Part shown: in pieces, positions 1-8,075 of the stretch | How positions within the stretch are numbered: position 1 is the stretch's first letter | How the letters are laid out: every line of letters begins with the position of its first letter | Source of the DNA: a virus | IMG/VR virus record: IMGVR_UViG_3300027126_000006 | DNA length: 64,000 nucleotides | Reading direction: 5' to 3' (one strand) | The notes under the pieces: generated by a model | Seen by the model: the letters and a program-made list of their open reading frames with translations, nothing else | Databases searched by the model: none | Told to the model about the DNA's origin: nothing | Position numbers and translations under genes: made by a program

Positions 1-350
1 AGATCAGGTCGTTCTAAGACACGACGATCGAACTGTTCACGAGCTTCAAGATAGTTGGCTGTACCCTTGTTGATGCATAGGTGGAGAATCTCACGAGTGA
101 AGTTCTCCTTACCCAACCTTTCAACATCTGCCTTCAGTTCTTCAGAAGACGACCAGTAATCGCGCCAATCAGACTCAACCACATATCGTTTCTTCTTACC
201 TTTGATGGTTTTTGTCTTGCGCGATTGAGTCGTTTTGAGACCAATGTATTGTTTGTTATTTATAAGATTGGTTATATTATAGACGAATGCAACATACTGT
301 AGTTCAATACTTTCAATGACCTCGCCCTTATAGGTCCAAGGAGCTGTCAT
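1..350 (-). CDS. GIY-YIG (Seg-like) nuclease-domain protein, runs off the window edge
   Basis: Manual translation from ATG 350: MTAPWTYKGE...AFVYNITNLINNKQYIGLK...ESDWRDYWSSSEEL...FTREILHLC; not in the ORF track. Confidence 0.75.
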   Translation of the reverse strand, partial: MTAPWTYKGEVIESIELQYVAFVYNITNLINNKQYIGLKTTQSRKTKTIKGKKKRYVVESDWRDYWSSSEELKADVERLGKENFTREILHLCINKGTANYLEAREQFDRRVLERPD

Positions 351-486
351 CGATATCTTCTTCCTCGTATATGTCGCCTGAGCACACAGGGCAGCATACT
401 ATATCTTCGAACTGAACGTCAGTTCCTTTGATAGTAATCTTTCCCTCAGCTCCGCAATTATCGCATGTGAACTGTTTCACTACCAT
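328..486 (-). CDS. Small zinc-ribbon protein (52 aa)
   Basis: Manual translation MVVKQFTCDNCGAEG...IVCCPVCSGDIYEEEDIDDSSLDL; CxxC...CPxC with acidic tail. Confidence 0.7.
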   Translation of the reverse strand: MVVKQFTCDNCGAEGKITIKGTDVQFEDIVCCPVCSGDIYEEEDIDDSSLDL

Positions 487-751
487 ACGCTTGGTTCCTT
501 AGCTTTAAGTTGAGCACAAAATTTTCCACAATTAGTTTGGTGATCGTGGCAAGGAACACCTCCTTGGCCATCGGATCGTCATATTTATGGGACAAAGTTT
601 CGACAACATTGAGGGCAATCAATCGATATGCATCGTCCTCGCTGATGTTCAGAACACCCCAGTCAATGGGGTCTTCCGTCTCCACTTCTTTGGCGATCTC
701 TACAATTGCATCAACATACTCTGACTTAATCACTTCCATACTGAACCCCAC
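458..751 (-). CDS. Hypothetical protein (likely start at 739, MEVIKSE)
   Basis: ORF packed between nrdB and the zinc-ribbon gene. Confidence 0.6.
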   Translation of the reverse strand: MGFSMEVIKSEYVDAIVEIAKEVETEDPIDWGVLNISEDDAYRLIALNVVETLSHKYDDPMAKEVFLATITKLIVENFVLNLKLRNQAYGSETVHMR

Positions 752-1704
752 GACCCTGTTAGAGCGCCTTTAGCATAGGCTGTAGCTCTCTGTTCAAAAA
801 AGTTTGCGTGTTCTGGTGCATTGAGGATCTCTTCGACCCAAGGTAGAGGATTGTTCTTTACCTTGAAGATTCCTTTCATACCAAGACCAATCAAACGACG
901 ATCAGCGATGTACCTGATGTAATTCTTAACTTCTTCAATGGTTAGCCCTTCTACACCACCAGTTTCGAAAGCTAGGTCGATAAACTTATCTTCAAGTTCA
1001 ACCATCTTTTCTGCAATAGTATATAGTTGACCTTTCAACTCATCGGTCCAGATATCTCTGTGTTCTTTAATAAACTCTTTGAACAGCCATGTCATACCTT
1101 CAACGTGTACGGATTCATCTTTAATTGACCAAGTGATGATCTGACCCATACCATTCATCTTATTAAACCGCGTGAAGTTCAATAACATGATAAACGATGA
1201 GAACAGTTGCATGCCTTCAGTAAAAGCAGAGAATGCTGCAATCTGTTGCACAATCTGTTTCTTGTCAGTACCCATTAGGTTTTCAATGTAGTCATGCTTC
1301 TCGCGCATCGCTTCATATTCCATGAACTGCTTGTAGGTAGTCTCAGGCATACCTAGAGTATCAATCAGATGACTATACGATTGAATATGGACAGCTTCAC
1401 GTGCAGCAAAGCTCAACAGCATCATCCTGATCTCTGGTTTTGGAAACAGAGGAAGGTACTTATTAGCGTATGCACCAGCCACATCAACATCCGATTGAGT
1501 GAACAATCTAAAGATTTGTGTGAGGAAGTGCTTCTCTTCTTTAGTCAGTTTGTTTTTCCAGTCAAGGATGTCTTGATGCATGGGAACCTCATCCGGGCTC
1601 CAATGCATCTTCTCAGACTGTTCATAAAGCTCGTATGCTCGAGGATACTCGAATGGCTTATAGTAGTTTCTTGGTTCAAATAGTTGCTTTGTCATTACTG
1701 TCAT
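730..1704 (-). CDS. nrdB: Ribonucleotide reductase class Ia beta subunit
   Basis: Di-iron ligands and radical Tyr: QSDVDV, EAVHIQSY, FTEG, DESVH; C-terminal NFFE...Y. Confidence 0.97.
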   Translation of the reverse strand: MTVMTKQLFEPRNYYKPFEYPRAYELYEQSEKMHWSPDEVPMHQDILDWKNKLTKEEKHFLTQIFRLFTQSDVDVAGAYANKYLPLFPKPEIRMMLLSFAAREAVHIQSYSHLIDTLGMPETTYKQFMEYEAMREKHDYIENLMGTDKKQIVQQIAAFSAFTEGMQLFSSFIMLLNFTRFNKMNGMGQIITWSIKDESVHVEGMTWLFKEFIKEHRDIWTDELKGQLYTIAEKMVELEDKFIDLAFETGGVEGLTIEEVKNYIRYIADRRLIGLGMKGIFKVKNNPLPWVEEILNAPEHANFFEQRATAYAKGALTGSWGSVWK

Positions 1705-3518
1705 CCTTCACACGCAGCACAAACTGGTTCATCGCTACGCAGCATATCTCTCATATCTTCGATTCGTTCTCGCTCTACTCTCTTACCTACTTTATCTGCT
1801 TTTCGTACACCGTCAGACCGGCAATAGTATAGAGACTTGAGTCCTGTTCTCCATGCCATCAAATGTACGAGGTGTAGATACTCTACATTAGTAGTTGGGC
1901 TGAAGAATAGGTTCAAGGATTGTGATTGGCAGATGTATGGCTGTCGATCTGCAGCGTGTTGAATAATCCACGTTTGATCAATCTCCATCGATGTCTTAAA
2001 CACATCCTTCTCATTATCATCCAAACAATCCAAAGAGGCAACAGAACCATCATTGGAAATGATCTCTGTCCACGTCTTCTGATCGTTTCTACCTTTCGAC
2101 TCTAGTAGTTGCTCGAGATACTTGTTCTTGTGTACCTGCGTACCATTGACGCCCTTCTCAAGGTAGACATTGGCTCGATAGGGTTCAATCGAAGGAGAGG
2201 TGTCAAGTAGAATTGAGCTGGAAGCATTAGGAGCAACGGCAAACAAATGAGCGTTACGAACAGGTGTATCGCTGCCAATAGAATCAGGACATGGACCTCT
2301 CGTTTGTGCTAGTTGAATTGTTGTTTGCTTTGCTTGTTCGTTCATCTTCTTCCAAATGGATTTGTTGAGAGCTACAGCAATAGCAGATTCAAATGGGATA
2401 CCTTTCTTTTGTAGGAGAGCATGCCAACCCATTGCACCGATACCAATAGAACGCTCTTGTTCTGCTGAGTATACTGCATTCTTGATTTCAGGGAATCGCT
2501 TGCCTTCTGAACAAAACAAAGAAATCACATTGTCCAACATCTCGACGATATCAGGAATGAACTGTGGTACATTCTTCCACTCATCATAACGCTCTAGGTT
2601 AACGGATGATAGGCAGCACACGAAAGTGCGATCGTCTCCTGTAGCAAGAGTAATCTCCGAACAAAGATTCGAGCCGCGATTGGCAAGACCCTTTGCTTTC
2701 TGGAATTCTGGTAGAGCTTTATTGACTGTATCAATGAACCAAAGGTAAGGCTCACCCGTCTCCATACGAATCGTAAGGATTCGTTCCCATAGTTCGCGAA
2801 CAGATGCATATTCAACAACTTCACCTGAGTGCTGATTGATCAACGGAAACCGATCTAGCTCCTCGCGTTGTTCTTTTGTTAGCTCATCGTTGTGTAGTGA
2901 TAGAGCTTCAACACGCTTCATGAAATCATCTGTGATATTAATCCCATGATGCAGATTAAGACACTTACGATTGGGATCACCGCCTGTAGGCTTTCGCATC
3001 TCCAAGAAATCGATGATCTCAGGGTGATTGATATCAAGATAAGCTGCAGTAGCGCCACGACGAGTAGTGCCTTGTTTGAAAGCAAGAGTGTCAACATCAT
3101 AAGTCTTTAAGTGAGGGATAATTCCGGAAGATTTCTTATCGCCAGGCCGTAGTCCAATGTGTAGACCGACCCCGCCACCGACAACAGCTAGCATACGAGT
3201 CTCTGATGAAGTGTCGAGAATAGACCTCATCGAGTCTCCTAAAAAGGAAGCGAAACACGAGATTGGAAGACTACGCTTTGTCTTTCCGTAGGACAAGATT
3301 GGTGTAGCATAAGACAACCACATCTTTGATGAATATTCATACAATCGCTGAGCATGCTCAGGGTTTGAAGAAAATGTTTTTGATACAAATGCAAATCGAT
3401 GTTGTGGAGAGGTCTCCCCTTCACTCAAGTAACCATCAATCAATCGACCTAACCCTGACTCTGAAAATAAACTGTCTCTACTATAATCTACTTTAATTCC
3501 GTGTACGATGTCTTCCAT
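1701..3518 (-). CDS. nrdA: Ribonucleotide reductase class I alpha subunit (no ATP cone)
   Basis: ATPILS, PISCF, GSNLCSEI, APNASSS, KSLYY, C-terminal CAACEG. Confidence 0.97.
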   Translation of the reverse strand: MEDIVHGIKVDYSRDSLFSESGLGRLIDGYLSEGETSPQHRFAFVSKTFSSNPEHAQRLYEYSSKMWLSYATPILSYGKTKRSLPISCFASFLGDSMRSILDTSSETRMLAVVGGGVGLHIGLRPGDKKSSGIIPHLKTYDVDTLAFKQGTTRRGATAAYLDINHPEIIDFLEMRKPTGGDPNRKCLNLHHGINITDDFMKRVEALSLHNDELTKEQREELDRFPLINQHSGEVVEYASVRELWERILTIRMETGEPYLWFIDTVNKALPEFQKAKGLANRGSNLCSEITLATGDDRTFVCCLSSVNLERYDEWKNVPQFIPDIVEMLDNVISLFCSEGKRFPEIKNAVYSAEQERSIGIGAMGWHALLQKKGIPFESAIAVALNKSIWKKMNEQAKQTTIQLAQTRGPCPDSIGSDTPVRNAHLFAVAPNASSSILLDTSPSIEPYRANVYLEKGVNGTQVHKNKYLEQLLESKGRNDQKTWTEIISNDGSVASLDCLDDNEKDVFKTSMEIDQTWIIQHAADRQPYICQSQSLNLFFSPTTNVEYLHLVHLMAWRTGLKSLYYCRSDGVRKADKVGKRVERERIEDMRDMLRSDEPVCAACEG

Positions 3519-3530
3519 TATTTCCTCTTG

Positions 3531-4229
3531 TTATTTTGCGACAAACGTTGAACTCAAAGGAAAGATTTGTGCAATAACTTTAGCACACTCTTTAGCAATC
3601 ATCATATGTTCTTTTTGTGTACCGTTACCTGATCTAATCTGAATAAAGTGAACCCATGATCTAAGTGTACCATTCATATACATTCGTGAAACAGTGTTTC
3701 CTTCTGGAAGTACTACTCGTGCTTGCTCCTTAGCAATTCCATTTTTAATCGCCCACGCATATGCTTCTCGGGCTGCACTAATTACTCGACGCTGATGAAA
3801 GTCCCACTGCTCAATAATATTAGCATCACCAAGTGTAGCTACATCTACTTCAATTGAGTTTTGTCGATTATTGGGATCTTGAAGTCGAGCTTCCCTCCGA
3901 ACAAAACTCAGATCCTTTGTGGGATCTGCATACCGCTGACTGAATTCCTGAAAGGAGAATGAACGATGACGAAGGATCTGCCGAGCGATGTCACGAGTTG
4001 TTTCAATCTCTAAGCAAGCTGACACCATCTCCAAAGGAGACCAGTGAGCATTCTTGATCAAGTATCCAATCAGCTTTTCTGATGTCTGCGTGTTGTACTG
4101 GTTGGCAGGATTTGATACTCGAGCACAGTACGCAATTAGGTCTTGTGCATCTTCAATTCCTTCGGTAATAAAATCATCAGTCGGTTGACTGAATGACACT
4201 AGTTTAACTTTCATTAGCACTTTCTCCAT
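3531..4229 (-). CDS. thyX: Flavin-dependent thymidylate synthase
   Basis: RHRSFSFQEFSQRY ThyX motif, HWSPLE. Confidence 0.96.
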   Translation of the reverse strand: MEKVLMKVKLVSFSQPTDDFITEGIEDAQDLIAYCARVSNPANQYNTQTSEKLIGYLIKNAHWSPLEMVSACLEIETTRDIARQILRHRSFSFQEFSQRYADPTKDLSFVRREARLQDPNNRQNSIEVDVATLGDANIIEQWDFHQRRVISAAREAYAWAIKNGIAKEQARVVLPEGNTVSRMYMNGTLRSWVHFIQIRSGNGTQKEHMMIAKECAKVIAQIFPLSSTFVAK

Positions 4230-5239
4230 GTCGAAAATTTTAGTTGAGCTTCTATACCTTGAACCGCGTTTCTATCAATGATATCTTGTACTTGTTCAGA
4301 TGTCAACCCAGAAACGATCATATCATTGATATCTTTTTGTGTAATAGTGTCTGGCCAAAGACATACTTTATATCCTTGTCCAATAGTCTTCTCAATCAGC
4401 TTTGTGAGTTCCTTAGACCTGGGCTCATTGTCATATACTACTGTACACCTATCTTTTAATGTCTCTATAATCTTAGAACTAAACGATGATCCTGATACAG
4501 CAATGCTGTTAGGGATGAATAGAGAGTCGATAGGTCCTTCTGTAATGTACATCGGCTTGGTTCTATCGAGTCTCTCTAAACCAAAAATCTTCTCAGCATC
4601 ATCGTCAATTTTTATAGTGTAGTATTTAGGGTCTTCTTTACCGAATGCTCTCCCTTGAAAGGCAATACACTCTCCATCTTCATTGAAGAACGGAATCACC
4701 AATCGAGGATGTTCTTTCGCATTAACGTTAAACTTACCTGGCACCACATCATTAACAAACTTTACAAACTTAGGAGCAATATATAGCAACGATAGACAGT
4801 GATCTGGTATCATCCTCTTCTTTACATATAACATTGCAGGATGATCGCTTGGTAGCGAATCAAGTCTATGAATGGTTGATAGGAATGTAGGCTTCGGTTT
4901 GGATGATGTCCTGATCACATCAGGTACGGCATCTTCACCCGAATGGTGGGACCTTGGAAGACCACTTTCTTTGTAGTTCTCTAAGGTATATTCTTGATAC
5001 AACGGTGAGTCAAGATATTTGATGAAGTTGCCAATGTTCGTGCTGTATCCACAGTTGTGGCACTTGACAAACAACCCCATCTTTACCTTGTAAACATAAC
5101 CACGAGCCTTGAGCTTGTTCTTCGACGAGTCGCCGCAAACAGGACAAGAGTAGTTCCACAGGAATTCACTCTTGCGCTTGAAGTTCCTTAGATAAGAACC
5201 AAGCATATTGGCATACTTTACATCAACCCACAACATCAC
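4214..5239 (-). CDS. gp61: DNA primase
   Basis: CPVCGDS...CHNCG zinc finger, TOPRIM EGPIDS, DNEPR, KDIND. Confidence 0.95.
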   Translation of the reverse strand: MMLWVDVKYANMLGSYLRNFKRKSEFLWNYSCPVCGDSSKNKLKARGYVYKVKMGLFVKCHNCGYSTNIGNFIKYLDSPLYQEYTLENYKESGLPRSHHSGEDAVPDVIRTSSKPKPTFLSTIHRLDSLPSDHPAMLYVKKRMIPDHCLSLLYIAPKFVKFVNDVVPGKFNVNAKEHPRLVIPFFNEDGECIAFQGRAFGKEDPKYYTIKIDDDAEKIFGLERLDRTKPMYITEGPIDSLFIPNSIAVSGSSFSSKIIETLKDRCTVVYDNEPRSKELTKLIEKTIGQGYKVCLWPDTITQKDINDMIVSGLTSEQVQDIIDRNAVQGIEAQLKFSTWRKC

Positions 5240-5264
5240 AACACTCCTATTATCTTAGATGATA

Positions 5265-5351
5265 ATAATAGAGGTACAAATAAAAAAGGTCAACTGAAAA
5301 TTAGTTGACCTTTAAAAATTACGCGGCGAGAATCAGTATGTCCGCTGTGAT
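5265..5351. promoter_or_regulatory. Back-to-back sigma70-type promoters (minus: primase; plus: antisense, with conserved downstream motif)
   Basis: Minus TTGACC(5293-5288)-N17-TATTAT; plus TTGACC(5305-5310)-N17-GAGAAT followed by CAGTATGTCCGCTGTGAT. Confidence 0.6.
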
Positions 5352-5355
5352 GTAA

Positions 5356-5493
5356 CTACTTAAGGGTCTTCAAAGGATCAGGTCTCTCAAGAAGTTCTTT
5401 TGGTACTTTAAGTATCAACTGCGCTTCTCCGGGCGGGGGAGTTGTACAACATCCCGCCAAGATCACCAGTAGTAAAGCGAGTGCGATCTTCAT
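5356..5493 (-). CDS. o-spanin (Rz1-like) lipoprotein, 45 aa
   Basis: Manual translation MKIALALLLVILAGCCTTPPPG...; LAGC lipobox, Pro-rich, overlaps the i-spanin stop. Confidence 0.8.
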   Translation of the reverse strand: MKIALALLLVILAGCCTTPPPGEAQLILKVPKELLERPDPLKTLK

Positions 5494-6059
5494 TTGCTGA
5501 CCAACTCGCTTTGTCTAGACTGAAAGTCAAGAACTACATTTTGTAGTGCCACTAAACGAGCAGCTGTGATGTTGCACATATAGTAATTATCTGCTACTAC
5601 TCGGCCTACATCTGATAGTGTAAACTTTGAGTACTGCGCATTGTCAGCTTTAGCAATGTCAGATAGAATCTTACCTTCCGCTGCTGTATTATGTAGATCG
5701 ACAAAACCATTGTTGACAGGTTTATCGACTTCTTTAGGTACATACACGGTAATGTATTCGGTGATGTACTTAGTCGAGCTCGTTGACGTAGGTTTTGTGT
5801 TCCTAAGTTTTTGAACTTCTGTCTGCAGATGGTTGACAATCGTAATGTAGTCTTTGATGATTGTTTCTGTGCTTTCAGCAGCGCTGGCTTGTTGTTCTGC
5901 TACCTTAGCAGTCCACGCAGCTCTTTCAGCAGCAACTTTAGCCTCTGCTAAACTTTCACCGTCTGATCTGCCCTTTACATACGACCCACCAACTGCTGTT
6001 ACTACCACAAGCGCTAATGCCAAATATCGAGCCATCGGGCTCATCAAGAAAGAGATCAT
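5490..6059 (-). CDS. i-spanin (Rz-like)
   Basis: N-terminal TM helix, YVKG, Ala-rich coiled coil, GFVDLHN motif, adjacent lipoprotein gene. Confidence 0.75.
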   Translation of the reverse strand: MISFLMSPMARYLALALVVVTAVGGSYVKGRSDGESLAEAKVAAERAAWTAKVAEQQASAAESTETIIKDYITIVNHLQTEVQKLRNTKPTSTSSTKYITEYITVYVPKEVDKPVNNGFVDLHNTAAEGKILSDIAKADNAQYSKFTLSDVGRVVADNYYMCNITAARLVALQNVVLDFQSRQSELVSK

Positions 6060-6075
6060 AATCTTACTCCGTTAG

Positions 6076-6783
6076 TTATTTTGAAGGTCGTTTTAGTTTT
6101 GACCAGGATCCACCACCACTTCGATTGAAGCGAATTGCTTTTGTATTCTTGCCGTTTTGCAGAATGATTACACCGTTGGGGTTCTTTTTAGCAAATTCAT
6201 AAATTAGTCTCTGGCCATCATCACTTAGATCCAGATACTCTTCCCACTTTCGATACTTTGCTTTACCTTTAGTGAACTTATTATACACACTATCATTCAC
6301 TATGAATTTACTAAATCTGCGAGGAGCTTTGCGACGAATTACAGGTGCATCTGTAGATACTGCAGGCCCTGTTGCGTTAACTGGAGCATCTTCCGCCAAC
6401 ATGAAATCTTCGATCACCAACTGCTCTTCAGCAAGAACAACACCTTCCTCTAGTAAATTGACAAGGTGCTTTAATTTATCCTCATCTATTTTCAAAGAAT
6501 GTGATCCGTACGCCTCTTTAAGGAGAAAGAATGCAGCTACAATATTCTTTGTTTGCGACTCACCGCCTGGCAACTTATTGAGGAGTTTCTTTAGATTGAA
6601 TACCAATCGATGTAGATACGTATAAGCGTTCTTCTGATCCATGGTGGTAAAATCTTTAGACTTAATCAGATTTTTACCTGTATCATCGATAATACCAAGT
6701 TTATATGCATCTGTCTCCGCAAACGGCTTGACAAGCATAGAAAGGACTCGATAAGCAATCAAATTGTCAACAACTTGTGCCAT
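6076..6783 (-). CDS. Conserved T4-like hypothetical protein
   Basis: AYKLGIIDDTGK motif; internal LAEDAPVNATG segment resembling gp21-processed proteins. Confidence 0.65.
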   Translation of the reverse strand: MAQVVDNLIAYRVLSMLVKPFAETDAYKLGIIDDTGKNLIKSKDFTTMDQKNAYTYLHRLVFNLKKLLNKLPGGESQTKNIVAAFFLLKEAYGSHSLKIDEDKLKHLVNLLEEGVVLAEEQLVIEDFMLAEDAPVNATGPAVSTDAPVIRRKAPRRFSKFIVNDSVYNKFTKGKAKYRKWEEYLDLSDDGQRLIYEFAKKNPNGVIILQNGKNTKAIRFNRSGGGSWSKLKRPSK

Positions 6784-7166
6784 TAAATTTCCTTTAAGGT
6801 ATCTGCTATGGTTGGGTCTAAAGTTAGATCTGAAAGTCTAATCCCAAACTCTGGAATCGTTTCTGGCATCTTATTTAGATAGACAAGGAACGTAGCAAGT
6901 ACGCCCCAGTACTCTTTATCTATCTTGAAAAATAACAATTCAGGAGTGACAATTCCAAATAAGTTGAATAGCACAATGATATGATTCAAAATGAGACGGC
7001 TCTTAAGATCTCCATTCTCAGCATATCGACTGAACAACTTCTTTAGGTAACTAAATCTTTTCAGATCCTCTTCAAACTCTGCTATAGAGGTACATTGCGT
7101 GTTGTCATAGTGATGCATTGCCACCAGCAAAAAAGTTTGATCATTAATTGGTAGATCATTAAGCAT
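6783..7166 (-). CDS. Conserved T4-like hypothetical protein
   Basis: YDNTQC...EFEEDLKRFSYLKKL...RLILNHIIVLFN, a pattern typical of T4-like myophages. Confidence 0.7.
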   Translation of the reverse strand: MLNDLPINDQTFLLVAMHHYDNTQCTSIAEFEEDLKRFSYLKKLFSRYAENGDLKSRLILNHIIVLFNLFGIVTPELLFFKIDKEYWGVLATFLVYLNKMPETIPEFGIRLSDLTLDPTIADTLKEI

Positions 7167-7173
7167 AACAAGA

Positions 7174-7199
7174 AGGAGAGGAGGTTAACCTCCTCTCCT
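7174..7199 (-). terminator. Perfect 26-nt palindromic hairpin, probable terminator
   Basis: AGGAGAGGAGGTTAACCTCCTCTCCT followed on minus by TCTTGTT. Confidence 0.65.
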
Positions 7200-7211
7200 A
7201 TCTATAACAAA

Positions 7212-8063
7212 TTATACAACAGTCAGTGTAGCAACGTTTGATGTTGCGCTGATGCCACCACCAGATACGATCACACGGAACTTATCGCCATCAGTTGCAC
7301 CAGCACCATCACCAGTAGCAGTTGCACCAGTTGTATAAGAGGCTGCTGTTGCACCAGTAATATCTGACCAACCACCAATTCCTTCTTGCTGAATCTGCCA
7401 CTGGTATGTTAATGGAACATCGCTGTTAATAGAAGCCACTACAGTAAATGTAGCTGTAGCAGGTGCTGTTCTTGTTATATTTGCTGGATGTGTACCAATA
7501 GTAATTGCTAGATCAACAGCAATTGTATCCTCAGCATCACCAGAATCAGTGGCATTGACGGATAGTGCAATTAAGCATTCTGCCTTATGACGTGTAACTG
7601 ATTGGGCGTCGGTGTATGTCTTATACAACCACCAGCCAGCTCCAGTAAGACCTTTAGCCTTATTAGTTGATACTTGAGCTTCTTGGGCATCGACGAATAC
7701 GATTTGATCACCACCTGTAGTAATGACACCAGCTACACCAGTGCGCTGTAGCGTGTGATTACCCGTCCCAACGTTAGTGACGTCCACTAATCCTGTACCA
7801 CCACCTGCAATAGCTTGAGCAGCAGTGCTGTATAGTGTGACAACCCCTGCAGCAATAACACGTGCAAAGTAAGTAGCACCGCTAGTTGGACCCACGGCGT
7901 TGCCTGTATATATTACCTGATCGCCAGTATTAAACCCAGTACCTGATAATGAAATATCAAATGAATTGGCTGTAGCATCAATATTAGCAGAGGTAAAGCC
8001 AGCAGTACGAGCAATAAATTTTGGCTTGCCTGCCTGATTATCGGTTGTTCCCCAAAGTGACAT
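7212..8063 (-). CDS. Virion structural protein with C-terminal Ig-like domain
   Basis: MSLWG start, GWWLYKTYTD...RHKAECL, Ig I-set-like ATFTVVA...YQWQ...FRVIVS. Confidence 0.75.
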   Translation of the reverse strand: MSLWGTTDNQAGKPKFIARTAGFTSANIDATANSFDISLSGTGFNTGDQVIYTGNAVGPTSGATYFARVIAAGVVTLYSTAAQAIAGGGTGLVDVTNVGTGNHTLQRTGVAGVITTGGDQIVFVDAQEAQVSTNKAKGLTGAGWWLYKTYTDAQSVTRHKAECLIALSVNATDSGDAEDTIAVDLAITIGTHPANITRTAPATATFTVVASINSDVPLTYQWQIQQEGIGGWSDITGATAASYTTGATATGDGAGATDGDKFRVIVSGGGISATSNVATLTVV

Positions 8064-8075
8064 GTTTGTATCTCC

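Noticed and set aside
5338-5355. Plus-strand mini-ORF MSAVM within the repeated motif
   Set aside because: The ATG is only 4 nt after the -10 box, probably upstream of +1, and the second copy gives a peptide of different length
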